This document shows, one piece after another, positions 53,616 to 64,000 of a DNA stretch of 64,000 nt. Origin of the DNA: Octopus vulgaris (lineage: Eukaryota). Numbering within the stretch: position 1 is the stretch's first letter; each line of letters starts with the position of its first letter. The notes below the pieces were generated by a model. The model was not told where the DNA came from and did not search any database. It saw only the letters and a list, made by a program, of their open reading frames with translations. Where the stretch lies: contig OX597823.1 of NCBI GenBank assembly GCA_951406725.2, forward strand, positions 110,608,001 to 110,672,000, in the 5' to 3' direction. Position numbers and translations under genes: made by a program.

Positions 53616-54289
53616 CAGAAAAGAATAATAGTATCTTGCTTTCATGTTTTGCAGTAAATTACAAGACATCATGGAAATAATATTATAGGTGATAAAATCA
53701 TCATCGCCACATTTAAAAATTACACACAATCAAGTCTTGGTAGATTTCATGATATATATGACGAACATGTGTTGCCTACTTATATTTCTGTTTGTTTTCT
53801 GTTTCTATGGTTACTTTTCTCATTTTTGGTGTAATTATACAGAAAATTGCAGAGCTGTCAGCTAAGGTTTGTCTAATATTATTGTATGTGCTTTATTTTA
53901 ATGAGTAATAATGCTTCCTTATTGTAAATGTGAGAAAGTGTCAAAATTTGTCATACTTGGGTCTCTGGTGTATTGAATGAAAACCTTCTCACAACATGAA
54001 AACCACAAACTAGGAAATGAAATTCTGAAAATGTGTATAACATATAACTTTCAATGTAAACATGAAAATTCAAAACATCATAATTCAAAAAGCTGCATAC
54101 ATACATACATGTATATACACATATATACACACATATAAGTAGATATGTATTTATATATACAAACAGACATATATATAAATATATGCATATTTATATATAT
54201 ATATATATACATACATATTATATGTAAGTATATATGAATGTTTCTGGTGTATATATATATGTGTGTGTGTGTATGTATATATTTTGATA

Positions 54290-54346
<57 letters not shown>

Positions 54347-55266
54347 GCACACATGTATATGCATACACACATACATATATACAAAACTATTCAATCTATT
54401 TCTTCCTTTTATGCTTTCTCTCTTTCAGTTTCCCTATCTCCTCATCATTTCATCATTACACAAACACCCACCCCCACACACACACACACTCATTCACACA
54501 AACGCATGCACACAAAAGTGTATGAAAGGATGCACATACACACACATCTATCACCTCAAAGTATACAGAACAAAACAACCAAAAAATCCGACTCAAAAGA
54601 AAAGTATTCTCTCCAAAGATATGAATATGGCCAATCTCCAGATAATATTCTATGCATGGATTATTCATTGTAGCTGGATCAAATCCCAAGCTGACCTTCA
54701 CCTGTCTGCCTCCCATCATTCACCGAGGGACAATTTTATGTCTCATTGTTAAACATTATTTTTATTTCAATGTTTTATGTGTTTATTTAATTTTATATCA
54801 TCTTTATATTTTTATCTACATTTATATTTTATACTTTATCACTAAATTTTTGTATATTCATGTTCTATATTTATATGTATGGATGTACAATTGTGTGACT
54901 AAGTCTACGAGTGTCTAGGTGTGTCTATGTGCATATGGATATAAATATAGCAATAGAGATATATTTATATGCACACACATATATACACATACACATTTAT
55001 ATACATTTATATATGTAAATAGTAAAATATGCATAGACCATCATCTCTATAAATTCATATATATTTCTGTGCATGTGTATATGTGTATATATGAAATATA
55101 TATATATATGTATATACCTAAGTCTTATATATTATTGTTTATTTTTAATATTTATCCACACTATGAGTCTTTCAATACAGGTTTATGCCTGCACTTTTGG
55201 CATACACACACACATACACACTCAAACATATATATACAGTATGCCTGATATTTTTATCAGTTTCTC

Positions 55267-55409
<143 letters not shown>

Positions 55410-55704
55410 GGTAGTTTTATTATATTTGAGTATTTGAAATGTAAAAGAAAAATAAAGAGTAGGTTGAAATAATTATAATTGTGTGTCTATGTACATATGT
55501 GAGTATATGTGTGCAAACATGTCTGATAGATTGTGCCTTGTAGTTGAAAGGTCCAGTGTTGTTACACACATCCTCGGGATTATGTTAAGCAGCATGTGTC
55601 TGTGAAATACTCCGCTGCCTACACTCTATAACAATAAGTGCTTATATACACATGCACATCCACACATGCATGTGCATATGTATGTTTGTGTGCATGTGTG
55701 TGTA

Positions 55705-55735
<31 letters not shown>

Positions 55736-55851
55736 CGAGAGAGAGAGAGAGAGCGAGGGAAAGATATAGGTAGATAAATATATGCATAGATATGTATGCA
55801 TTTATATGTATACATATATATCTATATATACATATATATACATACATATAA

Positions 55852-55937
<86 letters not shown>

Positions 55938-56381
55938 ATAAATAGGTAGATAGATAGATAGATAAATAGATAAATAGACAGATAGATAGATTGATAGCTA
56001 GATAGATGGTCATTATGCTGGAAAAACAAAGAAATGTTCGAATTCAATACCTAATGTGAATTAGATATATCATTGAAACTTATAAAACATGAAACTCAGA
56101 GTTATGATTCACTGAGTGTCGGCTTAAATTCATATTAATCTTTTTTCTGTATTAGCCAGGAGGATGAAAATTGATGAAAAATAAAAAGAATTGCGAAAAT
56201 TTCATTGTGTTTCAAAGAAAGGGAAGAAACTTTGGAATGTGGAATAAAGTATGTTTACAATTAACAAAGAGAAACTTTAAAAACATTTTACGATACATGG
56301 AAGGACAAATTAAGAATTACAAATATTCATATGCATGCATGAATACCCAGCACGCAGACCACACAGTTATATCAATATATT

Positions 56382-56413
<32 letters not shown>

Positions 56414-56644
56414 TATATAATAACAATTTAACGAATAAAATATATGCATACATACATTCATATATGTACATACCTACATCTATATGTATATATACATGCA
56501 TATGTATATATATATATATGAGTACAGGACACCACAAATAAATGTAGAACACAACGAGAAACGAAAACATAGAAACAAACAAGGAAACAGACTTTTTTTA
56601 ACAACGAAAAAACAGAGTACAAGACAAACAATACAAGGAATATT

Positions 56645-56691
56645 CCCCTTCATCAGCTGCCCCTGGTTCGACTCAATACGAGTTTCGAAGG
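56645..56691 (-). ncRNA. Probable type II (open stem II) hammerhead ribozyme
   Basis: CCUUC-GAAAC UC GUA-UUG[loop]CAG-CUGAUGA-AGGGG, within a (TA)n-flanked element at ~56520-56992. Confidence 0.55.
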
Positions 56692-57125
56692 TAAGAGCAG
56701 AACACAATCCGGCCGAAGCAGTCCTTCCTGCAAAATGAATTAAATAAAAGTAAAAAGGGACAAGAACAGGACGTAAAAGCAATACAAATAACAATAAAAA
56801 TACAGTACACATAAAGAATAAAAACAGGACAAGGAAACCAACATTAAGGGCGTTTTTTTTAAGCCTAGACGGTGGAAAAATTTGTTGGAACGCAATTCAG
56901 AAGATCGACTTGCTAGAGACAGAAGAAGTCGATGTTGACTTGTAGAAATCTTCGAGCAAAAGGAAGTTTAGAAGTCCGCTCAGCGGACTACCATATATAT
57001 ATATATGTGCATACATTCATGCACATGCTTAAGTATATACATATGCATGCATACATTTCTCATTTATATATAGTTCTATATTTAAGAGATGATGAATTAT
57101 GTACTAATATGTATTATTATTATTA

Positions 57126-57870
57126 TTATTGAATGAGAGAGCAGTGCATGCCATAAGAAGTCCCCAAAGTCCATCCCCTCCTCACTGTGGTGGGGACGCT
57201 GGCAACGGGTAGTGTCAGAGCTATGCCGTCGGGAACTTCGGTTCCTGGTAGGGCCACCCAAGGCGGATTGGTCTGACATCGAGTGGTATTAGGGCCACAA
57301 CCCGGCAGATGGGGCTCTGGTGAAAATCCTCGGAGAGTCTGTTTTGGCAACCGGCAGCTCCTCGGTCATTCTGTCCCTGCATCTGCAGACAAACAGGATA
57401 TCTCTACATGCAGTATTGTTGGGGACCGCTTGTGAAATCCACATATTCCCACGAAACTTCTTCCATGAATTCTCAATGGCGAGTACAATGGCATCATCGG
57501 CCTGCACCGATGGAACCATGACTGGCTTGCTATCTCCAGTGAACAGGCGCAGGACCATCGTGTTTGGGCTGCCATGGTTCGAGATGCCTCGAGGGTGGTA
57601 GAAGAAGCCGACTCAACCCACCCAGGGTGAATGTCACCACAAGTACAAGTAAGTATGCCATCAAAATGACACTGGGGTAAAATATACGAAGCCCAGTATA
57701 CCCATCATGACTACCCATCTGATAAGGGTACACTAGGCACATGCATCTCAACCATATGTGCACGACATGGTGATCTCATATCAAGATAAACAGTGCATGA
57801 CCTTGCAGGTGGGGCCCAGTTAGAATTTCTTTCAGGTCGAGTAGCCCATCCCACTCAAAAGGTCCCTGAA
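57126..57870 (-). mobile_element. (TAA)n-tailed SINE-like repeat split by a 500-bp insertion
   Basis: 57126-57154 continues at 57662 after the insertion; (TAT)n abuts the left end. Confidence 0.55.
57155..57654 (+). mobile_element. Bipartite RTE-derived non-autonomous element with 7-bp TSD
   Basis: TSD ATGCCAT at 57148-57154 and 57655-57661. The 5' part carries an RTE/BovB-like 5'UTR motif (gagctatgccg...agggccacccaaggcgga). The 3' part encodes an RTE-like C-terminus 'AQDHRVWAAMVRDA...STHPG*' with a (CAAGTA)-type tail. Confidence 0.7.
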
Positions 57871-57892
57871 AAGTCCCCATCCCTCAAAAGGT

Positions 57893-59060
57893 CATGGTTC
57901 AGGATACATATCGACTACGCTGGACCAGAAAACAACCCCTACTACGTAATCATTGTGGTTAGCTATACAAAGTGGCCAGAGGTATGCAGATGTAATAAAC
58001 TCACAGCAAAGGCAATAATAAAGTTCCTCCTCGAGTTATTTGCTCGATGCTGTGTTCCAGACATCTTAGTTTCAGATAATGGAATGCAATTCACGGGATA
58101 TGAATTACTCTTTTACTCTTTTACTCTTTTACTTTTTTCAGTCATTTGACTGCGGCCATGCTGGAGCACCGCCTTAAAAATTGAGCAACTCGACCCCGGG
58201 ACTTATTCTTTGTAAGCCCAGTACTTATTCTATCGGTCTCTTTTGCCGAACCGCTAAGTGACGGGGACATAAACACACCAGCATCGGTTGTCAAGCAATG
58301 CTAGGGGGACAAACACAGACACACAAACAAATGCACAAACATATATATATATACATATATACGATGGGCTTCTTTCAGTTTCTGTCTACCAAATCCACTC
58401 ACAAGGCTTTGGTCGGCTCGAGGCTATAGTAGAAGACACTTGCCCAAGGTGCCATGCAGTGTGACTGAACCCGGAACCATGTGGTTGGTAAGCAAGCTAC
58501 TTACCACACAGCCACTGCAAAATACATGCCATAAAACACATCTTTATCTCAAGGTCAAATGGGCAGCCAGAAAGATTTGTCAACATGTTTAAAAGACCTC
58601 TAAGTAAAGCTAAGAATGAGCTAGATAATGACGAGACACCAACGAAACTTTTGAGAGTATATAGAATAACGCCAAATCCAAATACTAATTCAGGAAAATC
58701 ACCAGCAGGTTTAATGTTCGCGTGTGAAATAAAATCGATTTTTGATCAATTATTGCCAGGAAAAGATACATATAAACGGAAGACAAAAAAATGCATTTGA
58801 AGGAATTACAAAAAATATTACAAAACATTTCTAAATAGGAGATAAATTTCACTTTAAAAATTAGAAAAATGGCAAAGAAGGTCGGGAGGATGGCTAGGGA
58901 ATTAAAAGATTATGTAACATGATGTATTTAATTAAAGGACAACGTTCGGAACATAAGAGACACCTTAACCAGTTAAAGATGAGATATACAGAAGAATGAA
59001 GGATAATACCAATGGAAATCTTCTATGATATGTTTGAAGTGCCTGCACCAAGAGATATCA
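57893..59060 (+). mobile_element. Ty3/gypsy LTR-retrotransposon integrase remnant, interrupted by SINE A
   Basis: 'WFRIHIDYAGP...IVVSYTKWPEV...LFARCCVPDILVSDNGMQFT' before the SINE and 'SNGQPERFVNMFKR...YRITPNP..GKSPAGLMF' after it (DDE integrase pattern). Confidence 0.9.
58105..58516 (-). mobile_element. SINE family A nested in the gypsy integrase
   Basis: Reverse-complement copy. Confidence 0.9.
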
Positions 59061-59334
59061 AACTCCATAGAACTAGCTTCAGAAAGCAAAATCAGACTGG
59101 ATATCTGGAATTAATACGTAAACAAAAAAAGATATTAAATTTTCAAAAAGGAAAGAAAAAACAAGACAAGAGTGCTTCGACAACAAAAAGAAAAAAGTGC
59201 TGTGAAGTTGAAAGTTGTCAGTTCACAAAAAAACATTGACTGTTGGTTCGTAGAAATTTGTTAGTCTGTTACATTGCTTTTTTTACTGTTGTCTGGTTAT
59301 TTTATTTATTGTACATAACAATTATGTTACAACA

Positions 59335-59974
<640 letters not shown>

Positions 59975-60564
59975 TAGAATGTAGCATGTAACATGCTGGC
60001 TCAGAAAGAATACAAGAAAAGACATGAGAACCTAGGGAGAATAATAGAGTTAGCAACTATAGACTAATCACTTGCTTACCATAAGTGTGGAAGCTGTTAA
60101 CAGGAATGCTTTCAGAAAGCATAACCAGAATTTACTGCCAGAAGAACCGAAGGGTTGCAGGAAGCAGCAGTTCTAAATGAAGTAAAAGCTAGAAAGAGAA
60201 TCTAACAATAGCATGGAAAGATTATAGGAAATCCTATGACATGATCCAACACTCATGGATAAGTGAATGTTTGAGTATATTCAGTACAGCAGACAACATA
60301 AGAGAATTATTTGGCCTGAGCATGAAGAAATGGAAAGTAGATCTCTATACAGGTGACACACTCTTAGAGAAAGGTAATATCAAAAGAGGAATTTTCCAAG
60401 GGGACTCATTATCCCCTTTCATATTTGTCTTATGTTTGATACTCCTCAGTTTAGTATTAAGGAAGGCAAAGGCAGGGGGTCAGTTCAGAAATAGTAAGGG
60501 AAAAATTAACCATTTGCTCTACATGGATGATCTGAAGCTTTTTAGTGAGAATGAAAAAGAAATA

Positions 60565-60859
60565 ACGTAAAGTTTACTAGCCATCTCAATATGGCTAACC
60601 ACTAAGGGTGGGTGTTACTGTAGCTTTTAGCCCCAGGAGATCATCGTCTCCAGCTGGCTTTAGGCACACTATCTGTGCCCTTATGGTATTTGCAAAGGGA
60701 GGTCATCCCTCTCTCATAAACCTAAGTGATACGCACAGACTGCAGTTTCTAGGTATTTGCCTGTCTTCAGCGTACGGCAGTCACCGGTTTACGAGGCTAG
60801 TATACTTTACTTTGTCGAGCAGTTACTGTTTACATCTCGTTCAGAGATTTATTATTGCT
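60565..60859 (-). mobile_element. 295-bp non-coding HHR-bearing insertion (retrozyme-like) with 13-bp TSD
   Basis: TSD TGAAAAAGAAATA at 60552-60564 and 60860-60872. Removing the insert restores the RT frame (…KLFSENEKEIDSLIQT…). Confidence 0.85.
60732..60776 (-). ncRNA. Type I hammerhead ribozyme
   Basis: CGUACG-CUGAAGA-C AGG CAAAUA CCU A-GAAAC UGCA GUC-UGUGCG; palindromic ACUGCAGU, GUC cleavage triplet. Confidence 0.85.
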
Positions 60860-62258
60860 TGAAAAAGAAATAGATTCCTTAATACAGACTATAAGACTCT
60901 TCATCAAAGATATAGGCATGGATAAGTGTGCAATATTAGTCATGAGAAGGCGACAGGTAGTCAACAGTGAAGGCATACAATTACCAGATGGCCAGACAGT
61001 AAATTCATTGAAAGGAGGAGTGTGTTATAAGTATCTAGGAGTATTAGAATCTGACATGATATGAAAACGACAATTAAGGAGTACCTCAGAAGGGTGAGAA
61101 AGCTAATGGAGTCAAAGCTAAATGGTCCGAATCTAGTGAAGGCAGTTAATTCTCGGGCAGTATCATTACTTCGATACTCAGCAGCTTTTGAATTAGTAAA
61201 GCTAGAGAGAAGAACTAGGAAGGAATTCAATATGAATGGAGGACTCCACCCAAAAGCAGGAGTAGCAACATTATACTTATCTAGAAAAGAGGCAGAAGAA
61301 GGTTGATATCAGTAGAAGACTGCAGGGAGTTAGCTAGAGTAGATATAGACTCCGATGTGGGTAATGGTGAAGAAAGTTTACTAAAAGCTGCTAGAGTCAT
61401 AGCAAGACATAGGGAAACCAAAAGCCCAAATGAAGTTAAAAACCAGAAAAAAAAGCAGGTTATTTGGCTGGCAGGAGAAGGTATTGCATGGTAGATTCCC
61501 AAAGATAGTTGGAGCAAATTGTAGAAGTGTGGCATGGTTATAGTTGCAGAAAGGAAAGCTGAATAGGGAGACAGAAAGTTTGCAAGTAGCTGCATAAGAT
61601 CAAGCATTAAGGAGTAATTAGATAAAAGTCAAGATAGGCAAAAACCAAGTAGATTTCCAGTGTAGGTTATACAAATCAAAGGAAGAAAGCATTACTCATA
61701 CAGTTAGTGAATGTAGTATGCTGGCATAGAAAGGATACAAGAAAAGACATGACAACTTAAGGAGAATAATCCACTGGGAGTTATGTAGAAAGCTAGGATT
61801 TGACCATACTGATAAACGATATGAACATGAACCTACTAAAGTACTAGATAGTACGAAATACATGATATTGTGGGACTTCAACATTCAGACTGGCAGAGAA
61901 GCTAGAAGGCCTGATTTAGTAGTAGATAAAGAGAATAGATAATTGACTTTACAGTCCCATTATAGGAAAATCAATACAAGAGGTATAGAAAAAACAGCAA
62001 AGTACCGGGATCTAACCATTGAATTACAGAGACTATGGAAAATGCAGGTAAAATGTATCCCAGTAGTTATAAGAGCATTGAGAACTATCCCTAAAGATCT
62101 GAAAGGCATAAAACCAAGTTTAGTATAGCTCCAGAAAACAGTGTTATTAGGGACAGATAGGATTCATAGAAGGAGTCTTAGCATCTGAGTTTACTTGTTG
62201 CAGCCTGATGCTAGGATTTTTTCGTTTCCAACATCCTAATCTGTTTTGTGCATATGAA

Positions 62259-62260
<2 letters not shown>

Positions 62261-62317
<57 letters not shown>

Positions 62318-62545
62318 TAACAACAACAATAATAATAATAATAACAACAATAACAACAATAATAATAATAATAACAACATTAACAATAATAATAATAATA
62401 ATAATAATAATTATGATAATAATAATAATAATAACAATAATAATAACAACAACAACAACAACAATAATAATAATAATGATAATAACAACAACAACAATAA
62501 TAACAACAACAACAACAACAACAACAACAATAATAATAATAATGT
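62261..62545. repeat. (TAA)n/(CAA)n microsatellite
   Basis: Direct reading. Confidence 0.95.
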
Positions 62546-62694
62546 GTGTATGTATACACATATATTTGTTTATATATATGAATGTAAACACATCATCATC
62601 ATCATCGTTTAGCATCCGCTTTCCATGCTAGCATGGTTTGGATGGTTCAACTGGGGTCTGGGAAGCCAGAAGGCTGCACTCACATACATACATA

Positions 62695-62739
<45 letters not shown>

Positions 62740-63038
62740 GCATTATTAGATTGAGTATAACAAAAACAAACAAAAAAATAGTTACATTCGAGTTTGAGCA
62801 TAGCAGCAAGTGAACCATTCCAGTACACTAGCAGAAAGAGTAGAAGTAGAAGGAAAAAAGTGTTTTCATGGGCTAATGATTGTCGTTTAGCTCTACGACA
62901 ATCCTGATTGAGTAGGTTCATCCTTACAGGCTTTACAATGATACGATGATTTTAGAGATATATAGGATTGCACTTTCCAAATTATCCTTTCCTTATTTTT
63001 GATTTGTGGGGAGGTGAAATGATTTGGTTACTATTTAA

Positions 63039-63290
63039 CCCTTTTCTTGTATTCTTTCTGTGCCAGCATGCTACATTCACTTACCCTAACTGAAACCGCC
63101 TCTGGCTCTTTAGTACAAATATTTTGTTTTCATAAGTTTTGAATTAAAATCTTCCACCAAACCTTAGTTACAATTTAGGTTCCTAACACTAGCTGAATGA
63201 TAACTGAGTTATTTTACTAAATTCTTCGTTATATCTAAAGTAATTGAAAGAAACACAGAGCATCTCATAATAAATACAGTAACGAAAGGG
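63039..63290. mobile_element. piggyBac-like MITE
   Basis: TTAA-CCCTTT...AAAGGG-TTAA termini. Confidence 0.8.
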
Positions 63291-64000
63291 TTAAACCACA
63301 GAGAAGTTTTCTCACTGGGTCAGACAGGTAATGGTATTTTTTGCTATTGGAAAGTTGGTGCAGAAAGTTATCTGTACAAGAGGGTGTCATCATTAGTGTG
63401 ATGATAACCATAGACAAAAGTGAGGGCAGTAGGGCAGCAGTTAGCAATGACTAAATGATAACAATGTTTTAAAAGGATGCTGTACACAGTTGGGTATTAT
63501 TATAAGTTAGTTGAAGATGCAAATTCCAAGTAAAAGAATGAAGAATTTACCATGGCCTGGTGTTACCTTAGGAGCAGTGTTTGAAGACAATGGCAAAATT
63601 GCTATCAGGGATGGTGGTCCCTTATAGTTAGATTATTAATATTTAGAAGTTGTGTAAAAATATCTTTATACTTATGATTATTGTTCCTGGGTTGAACTCC
63701 TCTATTCTTGAAAGAAAACCACAAGCATTTCTGTAAGTGGTGTCTGCAATACCATTTAGGATTCCCTTTGTAGCTGAGAGGCTTTTGCAAACTTGAAAGG
63801 CTCTAGAAATTTTCTTTGTAGTTTCAGAATGCATTGACCTTCTTCTAAATAATGCCTTCTTAATACCAAGCATATAAGTACCCTTTTTATATATAACGTA
63901 ACATTACCGTCATAGAAATATAAAGGGAATTTTGCTACGTATACAGAAGCAGGCAAATTTGTAAAGCTTTGAATAATGTCAAAGAAAAAATGTTGCTTCT

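Larger units (their letters stand above)
59990..62260 (+). mobile_element. R4/Dong-like RLE non-LTR retrotransposon, 5'-truncated and decayed, within (TAA)n
   Basis: RT motifs 'RGIFQGDSLSPFIF' and 'INHLLYMDDLKLF', degenerate CCHC ('CRL..SKEESITHTVSEC'), RLE 'RRPDLVV' and 'KYRDLTIELQRLWK..PVVI', (TAA)n tail. Confidence 0.92.

Noticed and set aside
54568-54673. Plus-strand peptide NKTTKKSDSKEKYSLQRYEYGQSPDNILCMDYSL* as a terminal exon
   Set aside because: No polypyrimidine tract before the AG and no recognisable homology.
60610-60680. Possible twister- or HDV-like second ribozyme in the 295-bp insert (also ~57800-57870)
   Set aside because: I could not complete the required pseudoknots or conserved residues by hand.
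63265-64000. Overlapping 60-76 aa minus-strand ORFs at the window end
   Set aside because: No recognisable motifs and inconsistent frames; the sequence is truncated by the window edge.

Overview
This is AT-rich, repeat-saturated eukaryotic DNA, probably intronic or intergenic. The SINE families suggest a cephalopod such as Octopus; that is an inference, not a database match. I recognise no intact host gene, and nearly all ORF-track entries are translations of microsatellites or SINEs. The window holds more than 20 tRNA-headed SINE copies in at least 3 families, decayed LINEs (two R4/Dong-like, RTE/BovB-like, RTEX-like), a Penelope-like fragment, a Ty3/gypsy integrase remnant, two mariner remnants (DD34D-type and DD41D), two non-autonomous Helitrons and several MITEs. 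The main unexpected signal is a dense set of hammerhead ribozymes (HHRs), found by folding the sequence by eye. Eight have a canonical CUGANGA/GAAA/NUH core and fall into seven mutually dissimilar sequence contexts, and about four more are degenerate. They sit in short non-coding elements, mostly abutting (TA)n tracts. Several of these elements form fold-back palindromes with 3' ends pointing outward, including a ~1.66 kb palindrome with an HHR at each end. One is a 295-bp HHR-bearing monomer with a 13-bp target-site duplication, a retrozyme-like candidate. A possible 9-nt microexon plus terminal exon lies on the minus strand near 45.2-45.5 kb.
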